Positions 7,227-17,834 of a stretch of 64,000 bases of DNA are shown here, piece after piece. This DNA is from Candidatus Microgenomates bacterium (lineage in GTDB: Bacteria > Patescibacteriota > Microgenomatia > UBA8517). How positions within the stretch are numbered: position 1 is the first letter of the stretch; each line of letters starts with the position of its first letter. The stretch is from NCBI GenBank assembly GCA_016784385.1, contig JADHUT010000001.1, positions 20,547 through 84,546 on the forward strand, read 5' to 3'. A program made the position numbers and the translations under genes. The notes under the pieces are model-generated. The model did not search any database. It saw only the letters and a list, made by a program, of their open reading frames with translations, and was not told where the DNA came from.

Positions 7227-9221
7227 TTAATTTAGCTCTTGGAGGTATTTTTTAGTAAGTTCGTCTTTAGGGTCAATGTTGTTTAAAATATACTCAAATT
7301 GTTCTCTTGCCTTTTGGGGCATTTCAAAATCTTTGTAAGTTAGTCCCAATGCAAACCTGCCCTCTTTATAATTTGGTTTTAATAAAACTGTTTTCTCTAA
7401 AGTGTTTAACCCCTTTTGATTTTGCCCAGTTTTAAGATACATTAGACCTAATTGATAATGTAGTTTTGGATCTGTTGGTGAAATTACTATTGCAGATTCA
7501 ATAACTGAAATGGATGTATTAAGATAATTACGGTCGAATTGGGAAAGTTTTGCCAAAACCCCAGAGTATACTTTTTTGACATTAATATTATATGGGGCCA
7601 TTGTGTATGCTTTTTGGGACATTTCAATTGAAGAACCAACATCTTTTGTGGCTTTTTCAATATTGTCACTTTGTGCTGACATTAGTGCAACTTCAGCAAA
7701 ACTCATTGAAAGCTCAGTTAAAAATATTGGTTCTTTTGGATTTAGTGTTATTGCCTTCTGTAGTAGTTCAGATGCCTTGGTGAAATTTCCTGATTTATTG
7801 AGGAGTTTGGCTTTATTGTAGAAAAGATCTGCATACCAGTATTTTCCGACCATAAATAGAAAGGTAATTGAAACAATGATTGTTGTGAATAATGCTAGTT
7901 TTTGGCCTGTGTTTAGTTTTTGTTTCTCACCGCTTTTTTTAGTGTCTTGAGCGGTTGATACAGTCGCCATAGCTGGTAATAAAAAGGTAAGTAGCGACAC
8001 TGGAACAACTGAGAATCCAAAAAAATTTGTTGCTAGTATGGAAAGGTAACCGGCCAAATATTCATATTTTTTTGTTTTGTATATTAGTATGAAAGAAGTG
8101 GCAATAAGAACCATATAAGATAGAAATCCAAAAGTTCCTGTAGTTGCTAGATAGTTTAGGTATTCATTGTGTGCTTTGTTGTAAATAAAGTCCCATTCAG
8201 AAACCAGGTTGTGGGCAAGCGGCTTGTGCATTGGATACGCAAACGCGAATGTTTCAACTCCTGTTCCTAGAATTGGGTATCTTTTCCAAGTTTCAATGGC
8301 TCCAGTCCATACATTCTTTCTTATTTCACCTGACTCTGTTCCACCAGTTTCCAGAGCTGGTCCAGTTTGCGGTACAGGAGCATTGTTTGTTTTAGGCAGC
8401 TTCGTTGTAAAAAACACAAGCAAAAATAATGAGTTTAGGATTACAAATATTTTAAGCAGTCTTCTTTTGTGTTTTGTTTTTGAAAAGTTGTAGGTTTTAA
8501 AGTAAAGACTCCAAAATACTATTGTGGAAACCCCGAATCCTAAAAGTCCTGAACGAGATTTTGTAAAAAGAAGTGTTGTAAAAAACACAACAGAGATAAT
8601 TGTCCAGACAATCCTCCTGTTTGTACTGGTGTTTTGATCAACAATAATTACCCATGTAAGTGGCATTGTTAAACTTAGAAATGCAGCAAGCCAGTTTGGT
8701 TGACCGAATGTGGAATATACTCTGGAGGCTACATCCTGAACCCAACAGTCAGTGCTCCATCCAAGCCCCATAACCCCACAAGTTATGCCTATATGGAAAT
8801 GCTCCAAAATTGCCAAAATTGAGGACAGTAGTAATCCAGATATCAAATACCAAACAATCTTTTTAATTTGATCTTTTTTAACGTTTGAAACAAATGCCCA
8901 ATAAAGTAGGGAATAACAAATTTGTGAAATTAGTCCACCATTAAATCTAGAGTAGTATCCCAGCAGTGAAGTATTTGAATCCAGTGAAAAGATGGTACTA
9001 AGTATCAGGGCTGATAGATACAGAACAACTGGGATGTCTAGTATTGTGTGACGAAATATAAGTTTTTTGGCTTTTATTGAATTTACAACCCAAGACGTTC
9101 CAATTAAAATTGTAAAGATATATAAAGTAATTATTTTATTGAACTCAAAAAGTTCAGAAGTGTTTTTAAAAAAAACCAGAGGTATTAAAAACAATAAAAT
9201 TTTAAATAAATTTGAAATCAT
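7227..9221 (-). CDS. O-antigen ligase-like polytopic membrane protein with C-terminal TPR repeats
   Basis: about 10 TM helices with Wzy_C-like region plus TPR-like C-terminal 200 aa. Confidence 0.6.
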   Translation of the reverse strand: MISNLFKILLFLIPLVFFKNTSELFEFNKIITLYIFTILIGTSWVVNSIKAKKLIFRHTILDIPVVLYLSALILSTIFSLDSNTSLLGYYSRFNGGLISQICYSLLYWAFVSNVKKDQIKKIVWYLISGLLLSSILAILEHFHIGITCGVMGLGWSTDCWVQDVASRVYSTFGQPNWLAAFLSLTMPLTWVIIVDQNTSTNRRIVWTIISVVFFTTLLFTKSRSGLLGFGVSTIVFWSLYFKTYNFSKTKHKRRLLKIFVILNSLFLLVFFTTKLPKTNNAPVPQTGPALETGGTESGEIRKNVWTGAIETWKRYPILGTGVETFAFAYPMHKPLAHNLVSEWDFIYNKAHNEYLNYLATTGTFGFLSYMVLIATSFILIYKTKKYEYLAGYLSILATNFFGFSVVPVSLLTFLLPAMATVSTAQDTKKSGEKQKLNTGQKLALFTTIIVSITFLFMVGKYWYADLFYNKAKLLNKSGNFTKASELLQKAITLNPKEPIFLTELSMSFAEVALMSAQSDNIEKATKDVGSSIEMSQKAYTMAPYNINVKKVYSGVLAKLSQFDRNYLNTSISVIESAIVISPTDPKLHYQLGLMYLKTGQNQKGLNTLEKTVLLKPNYKEGRFALGLTYKDFEMPQKAREQFEYILNNIDPKDELTKKYLQELN

Positions 9222-9263
9222 ATACTACTTGCTAAGTATAACCATAGCTGATATACAAAAGCC

Positions 9264-10358
9264 ATGAGAAAAGTGAATTTATTTAAGTACAAAAAATTCA
9301 ATAAACTACCCAATCCTGTCAATTTTTTACTAGGATTATTTTCATCCGACCTGGGGATTGATTTAGGAACTGCAAATACTTTGGTTTTCATATTGGGTAA
9401 AGGAATAGCTATCAGAGAGCCTTCGGTTGTTGCTAGAAATAAAAAAACAAAAGAAGTATTGGCAATTGGTCTTTCTGCTAAAAAAATGACAGGAAGGGCT
9501 CCTGGTGCCATCGAGGTTATTAGACCTTTAAAAGACGGAGTTATCGCAGATTTTGATGCTGCAGAGGCAATGCTTAACCATTACATAAAAAAAGTTCACA
9601 CGCCAACCAGTAATATTCCAATGATTCCAAGACCTCGTGTGGTTATTGGTATTCCTTCTGGTGTTACTGAGGTAGAAAGAAGGGCTGTGGCAGACGCAGC
9701 AATTGAGGCAGGTGCCAGAAAGGCTGATCTTGTTGAGGAACCAATGGCGGCAGCGATTGGAGCTGGTCTTAAAGTTGATGGTCCTGAGGGTATGTTTATA
9801 GTTGACATTGGAGGTGGAACCAGTGAAATTGCACTAATTTCACTGGGAGGTATAGTTTTGGGTAAATCGCTTCGTATTGCAGGCGATGAGATGGACGAAG
9901 CAATCATTAATTTTGTAAAATTAAAGTATTCACTTCTTCTTGGTCAACCAACAGCAGAAGAAGTGAAAATCAAAATTGGCTCTGCTTCTAAATTCAAAAA
10001 AAGCAAATCAGCAACAGTTCGAGGAAGGGACTTGGAAAGTGGTTTACCTAGATCAATTAAGCTAACCAGTGGCGAAGTTAGAGAAGCACTATCCCCAATC
10101 ATTAATGAAATTATTTCTGGCATAAGCCAAACTTTAGAAGAAACACCCCCTGAACTTGTTTCAGATATTATGAAAAATGGAATATATATGGCAGGTGGAG
10201 GGGCCTTGATTTACGGGATAGATAAAGCAGTTGGGGATGCTACCAATATGCCGGTAACAATTGCCGATGATCCACTAACTTGTGTTGCAAGAGGGTGTGG
10301 AAAACTATTAGAGGACCCAGGGCTTCTGTCTAAAATTAAAGTGGCTAAGGGGATGTGA
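9264..10358 (+). CDS. mreB: rod shape-determining protein MreB
   Basis: DLGIDLGTANTLVF actin-fold N-term and full-length similarity; true start may be downstream. Confidence 0.9.
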   Translation: MRKVNLFKYKKFNKLPNPVNFLLGLFSSDLGIDLGTANTLVFILGKGIAIREPSVVARNKKTKEVLAIGLSAKKMTGRAPGAIEVIRPLKDGVIADFDAAEAMLNHYIKKVHTPTSNIPMIPRPRVVIGIPSGVTEVERRAVADAAIEAGARKADLVEEPMAAAIGAGLKVDGPEGMFIVDIGGGTSEIALISLGGIVLGKSLRIAGDEMDEAIINFVKLKYSLLLGQPTAEEVKIKIGSASKFKKSKSATVRGRDLESGLPRSIKLTSGEVREALSPIINEIISGISQTLEETPPELVSDIMKNGIYMAGGGALIYGIDKAVGDATNMPVTIADDPLTCVARGCGKLLEDPGLLSKIKVAKGM

Positions 10359-10413
10359 TTTCTTTTGATTTTAGTTTCATAATTTTTCAAGTTTATGATA
10401 ATCTGCAAGAGTA

Positions 10414-11955
10414 ATGCAAAATCTTTCAAGTGTAAAAAATGACAGTTGGCTGGGATGGTTTTTGAGAGGGGTTTTAATTCTTGGAACCCTCTTTTTGTTT
10501 GTTCGTCTTTTTGAGCTGCAAATTATAAAGGGAGATTATTTTAGAAAACTGGCAGAAGGCAATAGAATTAAAAAAATAGTTATCCCCGCCGCTAGGGGCA
10601 AGATATTATCTCGTAGTGGTGAGGTTTTAACCGGCATCGATTTTGCCCATATAACAGGGTATTTGGCAGAAACCACAGAGGGAGAGGTTGGAGTAATTGA
10701 TCCAAAATGCCCCCACAAAGGTCCATACCAATTAGGTCAAATTGTAGGTCGTGGTGGACTGCAAGAATATTATAATTGCACCCTAACTGGTATTGATGGA
10801 GAAGAGTTGTGGGAAGTTGATAGCATGGGAGAGAAATTGCGATTCTTGGGTAGTCGTGATCCTGTCGCTGGAGAGAATTTAAAAACCACAATTGATTTGG
10901 AGCTACAAAGACAAATTGCAAAAAGTATGGATGAAAAGCCTGGTGCGGTTGTGGCAACAGATCTTGGTGGAGAAGTAATGGCCATCTATTCATATCCTTC
11001 TTTTGATCCCAAAAACATAGTACCCTCTTTAAAAGACGAGGATTTACCACTTTTTAACCGTGCTCTGGGTGGAATATACCACCCAGGTTCTATCTTTAAG
11101 CCTTTGATTGCAATTTCAGCGCTTGAGGAGGGTAAAATTGATAAAGACTTCAAATATACAGACAGTGGTGTCTTAACAGTAAAAACACTATATGGATCAT
11201 ATAGTTATGCAAACTGGTATTTTACTCAATATGGAGGAGTGGAAGGTGAAATTGATTTAACTAAAGCACTAGCCCGCTCAACCGATACTTTTTTTTACAA
11301 AATTGGTGAATTTGTTGGAATAAATAACCTGCTTGAATGGATGAAAAAGTTTGGGTTAACAAAACTTACAAACATTGATCTTCCTGGAGAAATTCTTTCT
11401 CTTGTCCCTTCACCTGATTGGAAATTAAAAGTAAAGGGAGAAAAATGGTTTCTGGGTAACACTTACCATTTTTCAATAGGTCAGGGAGATTTGGCATTAA
11501 CTCCAATTGGAATTCACAGAGCAAATTTAGTAGTTGCAAATGGTGGTCAACTTTGTGATCTAAAGCTGGCAGATGAGCCAAAATGCAAAAGATTGGGCAT
11601 AAAAAAAGAAAATATTGCATTGGTGCAAAGTGGAATGAATAAAGTGTGTGAGACTGGAGGAACCGGGTATACTTTTTTTGATTTTGGGCAGAAACATAAT
11701 GGCCTGCAAGTTTCTTGCAAAACTGGAACAGCTGAGACCAATGATGATGAAAAAACACATGCATGGTTTACTGTGTTTGTCCAACAGAGCCAGACGGTAA
11801 AGAAAGAAATAATGTTGACTGTGCTAGTTGAAAAATCAGGGGAAGGCTCAAAAGTTGCGGGACCAGTTGCAAGAGAAATACTAGACTTCTATTATGAAGA
11901 CCAAAAAACCACTCAGCCTACACCTGTCGTCGAGAAAGATTTAAACAATGAGTAA
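10414..11955 (+). CDS. mrdA: penicillin-binding protein 2 (transpeptidase)
   Basis: N-terminal TM anchor, PBP dimerisation and transpeptidase architecture; follows mreB. Confidence 0.8.
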   Translation: MQNLSSVKNDSWLGWFLRGVLILGTLFLFVRLFELQIIKGDYFRKLAEGNRIKKIVIPAARGKILSRSGEVLTGIDFAHITGYLAETTEGEVGVIDPKCPHKGPYQLGQIVGRGGLQEYYNCTLTGIDGEELWEVDSMGEKLRFLGSRDPVAGENLKTTIDLELQRQIAKSMDEKPGAVVATDLGGEVMAIYSYPSFDPKNIVPSLKDEDLPLFNRALGGIYHPGSIFKPLIAISALEEGKIDKDFKYTDSGVLTVKTLYGSYSYANWYFTQYGGVEGEIDLTKALARSTDTFFYKIGEFVGINNLLEWMKKFGLTKLTNIDLPGEILSLVPSPDWKLKVKGEKWFLGNTYHFSIGQGDLALTPIGIHRANLVVANGGQLCDLKLADEPKCKRLGIKKENIALVQSGMNKVCETGGTGYTFFDFGQKHNGLQVSCKTGTAETNDDEKTHAWFTVFVQQSQTVKKEIMLTVLVEKSGEGSKVAGPVAREILDFYYEDQKTTQPTPVVEKDLNNE

Positions 11956-12520
11956 TCTACAACAGAAGGACGAATTATATGTACTAGGTGAAATGCTAGA
12001 CCGGGACAAAAAGGCAGTTGCTGTTGTAGGGTCTCGTCTTATTACTCCAAGAGGAAGAAGGCTCACTACACTTTTTACAGAGGCACTAGTGGAGGCAGGT
12101 TACACAATTGTTTCAGGGCTTGCTCGTGGCGTGGACAGTGTTGCACACACTACTGCTTTGGAGAAAAAAGGAAGAACAATTGCAGTACTGGGATCTGGCA
12201 TCGATGTGATTTATCCTCCAGAGAATAAAGCTTTAGCAGAGCGTATTACTAAAAATGGAGCGTTAGTGTCGCCTTTCCCAAAAGGAACTCCACCAAGACC
12301 AGAAAACTTTTTGGCAAGAAACAAAATTGTTGTTATGCTTTCTGTTGCAGTTTTAGTGGTTGAAGGAAAAAGAAGGTCAGGTACTCTTTCAACTGCAAGC
12401 CATGCTGCAAATGAAGGAGTGGAGGTGTATGCAATCCCGGGGTCAGAAGCTACTGACTGGCTTATTAATCAAGGAGTTAATTCTGTGGCAACTCCAGAAA
12501 AATTAGTTGAAAGTTTGTAA
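11948..12520 (+). CDS. dprA: DNA processing protein DprA (Rossmann-like domain)
   Basis: AVVGSR..TPRG..GARGVDSVAH...VLGSGID pattern. Confidence 0.75.
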   Translation: MSNLQQKDELYVLGEMLDRDKKAVAVVGSRLITPRGRRLTTLFTEALVEAGYTIVSGLARGVDSVAHTTALEKKGRTIAVLGSGIDVIYPPENKALAERITKNGALVSPFPKGTPPRPENFLARNKIVVMLSVAVLVVEGKRRSGTLSTASHAANEGVEVYAIPGSEATDWLINQGVNSVATPEKLVESL

Positions 12521-13539
12521 TAGGTATTTTTGCCTTTTGCGTGTCTTTTGATTATTCTAAGTTTTATAAGCTTCCCAAAATCCAAAATTCTTGTAGCCTT
12601 TGCTCTGTCCGTTAGCCTTCTATAGTCACTGTTTTTAATGGCTCCGTATTTTTCTATATATTTTATGATGCTCTTCAAGTGTGGTTTAAGTTGAGTGTTT
12701 GGATTTTTTTGTAATTTATTTTTGTTTATATTCTTTTCAACTCTAAGTAATTCATCAATGATTCCATCAGTAAAATATTCAAGCCATTTTGTGAAATCAA
12801 CTGTATTTACTATTTCATAATAATTGCCAAATACTCCAACATTCTCAAAATATTTGGTCACATTTTGATTATAAAAGTTTTCAAATCCGAAAATATTGAA
12901 AGTATTTAGCCCCATTTTGGCTAATAGAAAGGTTGTAATTAGTCTTGTTGTTCTTCCGTTTCCGTCTGCAAAGGGGTGAATGATTACAAATTGTTTATGA
13001 AAAATTCCTGCTAAAATCAACGGGTCGATTAGTTTTTCATTTTTGTCAATAAAGTCAATTAATTTGACAACAAGACCATTGCAATCTTTCGCATCAGGAG
13101 GTAAATAGACTATTTTTTGCTCTTTTGGGTTATTGATAACAATTGGCACATTTCTTATTTTTCCAGATTGATGTTTAGGAAGCAAACTCTCAGTGACTCG
13201 TTTTTGTGTATCTAAAATTAACTCGAGACTTAATTTTACCTTTTTTCTTTTGGTTAGTTTTTCAAGTTCTATTAAAGATTTGTTGTAATTGGACACCTCT
13301 TGCTCACTGTCACGCATGTCCGAGGGTTTATTTTTTAGAATTTTTTTAACCTCTGTTAGAGGTAGGGGGTTACCTTCAATACTTGTAGATGCAAAGGAAG
13401 AAATTTCTCTTGCAGAAAGTTTCATTCTTACTAGAACTGGTTTTGAGAGTTTTTGTGAATTGAGGTTAATTATCAATGAATTTATCCTTTTTATGTTTGA
13501 TAAAAGCTTGTTTGTAATAGAGAAATTATAATTTGTCAT
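12469..13539 (-). CDS. Fic family protein (class II, with inhibitory alpha-inh motif)
   Basis: HPFADGNGRTTR Fic motif; N-terminal STSIEGN fits [ST]xxxE[GN]; start set to Met at 13539 to avoid overlap with topA. Confidence 0.75.
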   Translation of the reverse strand: MTNYNFSITNKLLSNIKRINSLIINLNSQKLSKPVLVRMKLSAREISSFASTSIEGNPLPLTEVKKILKNKPSDMRDSEQEVSNYNKSLIELEKLTKRKKVKLSLELILDTQKRVTESLLPKHQSGKIRNVPIVINNPKEQKIVYLPPDAKDCNGLVVKLIDFIDKNEKLIDPLILAGIFHKQFVIIHPFADGNGRTTRLITTFLLAKMGLNTFNIFGFENFYNQNVTKYFENVGVFGNYYEIVNTVDFTKWLEYFTDGIIDELLRVEKNINKNKLQKNPNTQLKPHLKSIIKYIEKYGAIKNSDYRRLTDRAKATRILDFGKLIKLRIIKRHAKGKNTYYKLSTNFSGVATELTP

Positions 13540-13624
13540 TAGTCTAATATTAGTCGAATAATAGTCGAATGTCAAGTGGAATTGCTTGACATGGAGTGTA
13601 AGATAGGTTGTTATTATTATACAC

Positions 13625-15649
13625 ATGAAATTAATAATCGTCGAATCACCAACAAAAGCTACTACCTTAAATAAATTTTTGGGGTCAGGGTATGATGTGG
13701 ATTCTACAAAGGGCCATATTAAAGACCTTCCCAAAAGCAAACTAAGTGTAGATGTGGAGCATGACTTTAAACCCAATTATGAAGTAGTAGAAAAACAATC
13801 TGCGATAATTAAAAATTTGCAAAAGAAAGCAAAAGAAGCAGAAGGGATTTTCATTGCAACTGACCCTGATCGTGAAGGAGAAGCAATCGCACAACATGTA
13901 TATGAGATATTGACGGAAGGAAAGAAAGATAAAATTAAGCCGGATACTATAAAAAGAATTACCTTTCATGAAATAACACAATCTGCAGTTGAGGATGCTA
14001 TTGAAAAGTCGGGTAGTGTAGATATTAATCTTGTTAATGCTCAAATTGCTAGAAGAGTACTGGATAGATTAGTGGGTTATACCCTTTCTCCGGTTTTATG
14101 GAGAAAAGTGAGAAGAGGCCTTTCTGCAGGAAGAGTTCAGTCTGTTGCAGTTAGACTTATTGTTGAAAAAGAAGAAGAGATTAAAAAGTTTAAAGCAGAA
14201 GAGTACTGGCAAATTTTTTCAGAATTGAAGGGCAATAAAAATCAATTTGTAACTGAACTGGTTAAAATTGATGGCATTAAGGCTGTTGTAAAAAACAAAA
14301 AAAATGTAGACGAAATTGTTGCTGATCTAAAAACTGCAAAATATATAGTAGCGGACATTAGAAAAAAGGAAGTTAGCAAAAAACCTTATTCACCTTTCAC
14401 AACTTCAACACTAACTCAAACCTCGGCAAGATTTTTTTCCTGGTCAGCTAAAAAAACAATGAGAATGGCACAAGGGCTTTATGAAAAGGGATTAATTACC
14501 TACCATAGAACAGATTCACACAGCCTTGCAAAGTCAGCAGTAGACAGTGCAAGAGAGTTTATAAAGAAAGAGTACGGGAGTGATTATTTGCCAGAGGGTC
14601 CAGTTGTTTACAAAACAAAAAGTAAATCTGCACAAGAAGCGCATGAAGCCATAAGAGTAACAGACGTCAAGGTAAAAACAGATCAAGTTGAAGGCAGTTC
14701 TGATGAACAAAAGCTATATGATCTTATAAGAAGAAGGTTTTTGGCTTGTCAGATGAATCCTGCTAAATATAGTGAAACCAGTATTGATGTGAGTGCTGGA
14801 AAATACATATTAAGAGTAGGTGGACAAACAATGATCTTTGATGGGTGGAGAAAACTATTCCCAACTGATGGAGAAGCAGTTATGCTACCCGAAATAGAAA
14901 AAGGGGACAAACTAGATCTAATCAAAACTTGGGGTGATCAAAAGTTCACACAACCACCAGCAAGATTTAATGAAGCCTCACTCATAAAGATGTTGGAAAA
15001 ACTAGGGATTGGAAGACCATCTACATATGCTCCTATCATTTCAACAATACAGGCTAGAAGTTACGTCGAAAAAAAGGATGCGCAGTTTTTACCGACAACA
15101 GTGGGGGTTGCTGTCACAAAATTTTTAATGGCCAATTTCATGGAAGAGTTGGAATACAACTTCACTGCAGAGATGGAAGATGATCTTGATAAAGTTGCAA
15201 CAGGCAAGTTAGATTGGACAAAAATGATGGGGAAGTTCTGGGGTCCATTTGGAAAAAAAGCAGAAAGTGTTACTAAAAACGCAGAAAGAATAAAAATTGA
15301 AACTGAAAAACTAGGTAAAAAGTGTCCAGATTGTAAAGATGGTGAGTTGGTAATTAGAGTTGGAAGATTTGGCAAGTTTATAAGCTGTTCCACTTTCCCA
15401 GAATGCAAACACACTGAAAAATTCTTGGATAAAATTGACATGATTTGCCCTGATTGTAAAAAAGGAGAAGTGATAATCAAAAAAACAAGAATAGGAAGAA
15501 GTTTCTTTGGCTGTTCACTTTATCCTGATTGTGAATTTGCCTCATGGAAAAAACCAGTGGATGGAAAGTTTGATAAAAAGAATAACCAAAATAAGAATTT
15601 TGTGAAAAAACAAGAAACGAAAGAAAATGACGTGACCAAGGAAAAGTAA
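13625..15649 (+). CDS. topA: DNA topoisomerase I
   Basis: Toprim N-term MKLIIVESPTKA, full-length topo IA, C-terminal Cys4 zinc ribbons. Confidence 0.95.
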   Translation: MKLIIVESPTKATTLNKFLGSGYDVDSTKGHIKDLPKSKLSVDVEHDFKPNYEVVEKQSAIIKNLQKKAKEAEGIFIATDPDREGEAIAQHVYEILTEGKKDKIKPDTIKRITFHEITQSAVEDAIEKSGSVDINLVNAQIARRVLDRLVGYTLSPVLWRKVRRGLSAGRVQSVAVRLIVEKEEEIKKFKAEEYWQIFSELKGNKNQFVTELVKIDGIKAVVKNKKNVDEIVADLKTAKYIVADIRKKEVSKKPYSPFTTSTLTQTSARFFSWSAKKTMRMAQGLYEKGLITYHRTDSHSLAKSAVDSAREFIKKEYGSDYLPEGPVVYKTKSKSAQEAHEAIRVTDVKVKTDQVEGSSDEQKLYDLIRRRFLACQMNPAKYSETSIDVSAGKYILRVGGQTMIFDGWRKLFPTDGEAVMLPEIEKGDKLDLIKTWGDQKFTQPPARFNEASLIKMLEKLGIGRPSTYAPIISTIQARSYVEKKDAQFLPTTVGVAVTKFLMANFMEELEYNFTAEMEDDLDKVATGKLDWTKMMGKFWGPFGKKAESVTKNAERIKIETEKLGKKCPDCKDGELVIRVGRFGKFISCSTFPECKHTEKFLDKIDMICPDCKKGEVIIKKTRIGRSFFGCSLYPDCEFASWKKPVDGKFDKKNNQNKNFVKKQETKENDVTKEK

Positions 15650-16162
15650 TTAATACTTTTCAATTTTTTTGGACAAGAACTCTAGTTTTATTTTAGCCTT
15701 TTTTAACATTGCTTCTGACTCAGCTCCGGCGTGATATTTATTTCTTGCCAACACCCTTTTTACACCTGAGTTTATGAGGAGCATTGCACAAGTTCTACAA
15801 GGGGTCATGTTTACATACACAGTAGATCCTTCTATAGAAACTCCCCTTTTTGCGGCTTGGCAAATTGCATTTTGTTCTGCGTGTACAGTCCTCATACAAT
15901 GATCAGTTGTAGACCCATCTTCGTGGGTAAGCTTTTTCATCTGATGTCCCACATCATCACAGTGTGGTAATCCTGCAGGGGAACCAACATAACCTGTAAC
16001 TAATACTTGTCTGTCTTTTACAAAAACACAACTTGCTCTTCCTCTGTCACAAGATGCTCTCTTGGAAGTAGCATCCATTATTTGCATAAAATACTCATCC
16101 CACGAAGGCTTTTTGTGTTTATTTTTAGATAATATTTTTGATGGTTTTTTCGACTTGCTCAT
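15650..16162 (-). CDS. deoxycytidylate (dCMP) deaminase
   Basis: HAEQNAI and PCRTCA zinc-binding motifs. Confidence 0.85.
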   Translation of the reverse strand: MSKSKKPSKILSKNKHKKPSWDEYFMQIMDATSKRASCDRGRASCVFVKDRQVLVTGYVGSPAGLPHCDDVGHQMKKLTHEDGSTTDHCMRTVHAEQNAICQAAKRGVSIEGSTVYVNMTPCRTCAMLLINSGVKRVLARNKYHAGAESEAMLKKAKIKLEFLSKKIEKY

Positions 16163-16679
16163 GTAAATCTACAATTTTTTTATTGTTTGTAAATATATAA
16201 TCTGCTAAAGATATGCATTTTGCAAGGTTCTGTTTTGCAGGATTTTGTGATTTCATCTCCCTTTTTTCATCCACGACAAATTTTTCAAAACTTACATGAT
16301 CAGATTCAATTGCCCTCTTATTTATTCTTTTGTATCTTTTTTCAATATCTGCATCCACTGCAAATAACACAAATTCTCCCTTGCTCTTTAGTGAATAAAT
16401 TTCAGCTGGAGTTCTAAGGCTTTCTATTATGAAATTTTTACCAGTTTTGATTGCGGTTTTGTAAATCTGCTCAATTAAGTAGCTTGGACCATGTTTTAAA
16501 CGCAGATCATTTGCAACAACAACCATGTTATCTCTATTTATTTCAAGACCTCTTTTGACAATTTCTTTATTTATGAAATCTCGTACGGAGTAGTGGCCAA
16601 ATTTTTTTTCGGTAACAAGATAGTCAACGACTGTTCCTTTTCCAGCACCCAAAGTTCCTGTAATTCCAATTACTAGCAT
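16125..16679 (-). CDS. P-loop nucleoside/nucleotide kinase (CoaE/adenylate-kinase-like)
   Basis: Walker A GITGTLGAGKGTV at N-terminus; small kinase size. Confidence 0.55.
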   Translation of the reverse strand: MLVIGITGTLGAGKGTVVDYLVTEKKFGHYSVRDFINKEIVKRGLEINRDNMVVVANDLRLKHGPSYLIEQIYKTAIKTGKNFIIESLRTPAEIYSLKSKGEFVLFAVDADIEKRYKRINKRAIESDHVSFEKFVVDEKREMKSQNPAKQNLAKCISLADYIFTNNKKIVDLHEQVEKTIKNII

Positions 16680-16694
16680 TTATCGATTACAATA

Positions 16695-17129
16695 TTGATT
16701 ATGGTTAAAGTCAAGTTTCAAAAATTAAATAAAAATGCAAAGATCCCCTCGTTTGCACACATTGATGATGCAGGGTTTGACATATATACAAACAAAACCA
16801 CTGTTGTAAAAAAACTAATTCCGACCATTGTATCTACTGGAATATCTTCTGAATTTCCGGTCGGGTACTTTGTATCATTTCGTGACAAATCAGGACTAGC
16901 TGCAAAACACGGTATTCATGTAATGGGTGGAGTAATTGATGCAGGTTACAGAGGTGAATGGGGAATAATACTAGTCAATCTTGGAAAAAAGGTTTATAAA
17001 TTTGAAAAAGGAGACAAGGTAGCGCAGGCAATTGTTCACAAACTTGAAAGTGTAAAACTAACAATATCAAATTCTCTCTCCAAAACAAAAAGAGGAAAAG
17101 GCGGGTTTGGAAGTACTGGGAAAAAATAA
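16695..17129 (+). CDS. dut: dUTP diphosphatase
   Basis: AGFDIY, GVIDAGYRGE motifs. Confidence 0.9.
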   Translation: MIMVKVKFQKLNKNAKIPSFAHIDDAGFDIYTNKTTVVKKLIPTIVSTGISSEFPVGYFVSFRDKSGLAAKHGIHVMGGVIDAGYRGEWGIILVNLGKKVYKFEKGDKVAQAIVHKLESVKLTISNSLSKTKRGKGGFGSTGKK

Positions 17130-17140
17130 TTCCTCTTGAC
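17055..17140 (+). repeat. direct repeat copy 1 (86 bp): last 23 codons of dut plus 3' flank
   Basis: 80/86 identical to 17835-17920. Confidence 0.85.
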
Positions 17141-17164
17141 AGAAATACGGAATTACCGTAAAAT
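17136..17164 (+). promoter_or_regulatory. consensus sigma70 promoter TTGACA-17nt-TAAAAT driving the antitoxin gene (leaderless or very short leader)
   Basis: TTGACA 17136-17141, TAAAAT 17159-17164, ATG 17172. Confidence 0.6.
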
Positions 17165-17171
17165 AGAATTT

Positions 17172-17426
17172 ATGCAAAATGTATTTGATGAACAAATAAT
17201 TCAGCTTCAGCCCAGAGGTGTTTTTACTATTCCAAAAAAATTAAGAGAGGGTTTATTTGATGATATGGGAATTGCCAAGATAATGAGGTTGGGCAGAAAA
17301 TTGGTAATAGAACCTGTGCGAACATTACCATATCAGGCTAGAAGTTACACAGACGATGAATTGGGAGATTTTTATAAATTAGATGACAAAGAGACAAAAA
17401 AACTTAGAGCCAAAGGTATTATTTAA
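17172..17426 (+). CDS. SpoVT/AbrB-type (MazE-like) antitoxin
   Basis: QLQPRGVFTIPKKLREGL swapped-hairpin motif; overlaps downstream PIN gene by 44 nt; ATG start chosen over TTG of ORF track. Confidence 0.6.
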   Translation: MQNVFDEQIIQLQPRGVFTIPKKLREGLFDDMGIAKIMRLGRKLVIEPVRTLPYQARSYTDDELGDFYKLDDKETKKLRAKGII

Positions 17427-17832
17427 TGCTTCAGTTGTACTCTCTGGATTAAGATCTCCAAATGGTGGATCAGGTAAATTATTAGATTTTGTCGGAGAAA
17501 AGTTAATTAATGGACAAATAAGTGAAATTATTTTAGATGAGATATTAAAACATAGTCAGAAACTTGGGATACCAAAAACTACTGCACAAAAGAAATGTTT
17601 GAAATATTTTGAACCAATATTGTCTGAACCGGGTTTAAAAAAGGTAGATAAATATACAAAAAAAGTAATTGATGAGGGAGATGCTCATGTATTAGCTTCA
17701 TATGAAGAAGGAAGTTGTAATTACTTGGTCACATTAGATAAAAAACATTTGTTATCACTTAAAGGAAAAATAAAAGGATTTAATATTTATACACCTGGGG
17801 AATTAATACAATTGTTAAAAATAAAGATATGA
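17383..17832 (+). CDS. PIN-like domain protein (putative toxin; first acidic residue apparently N)
   Basis: VLFNASVV...DAHVLASYEE...YLVTLDKKHL PIN-like pattern. Confidence 0.5.
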   Translation: MTKRQKNLEPKVLFNASVVLSGLRSPNGGSGKLLDFVGEKLINGQISEIILDEILKHSQKLGIPKTTAQKKCLKYFEPILSEPGLKKVDKYTKKVIDEGDAHVLASYEEGSCNYLVTLDKKHLLSLKGKIKGFNIYTPGELIQLLKIKI

Positions 17833-17834
17833 AA

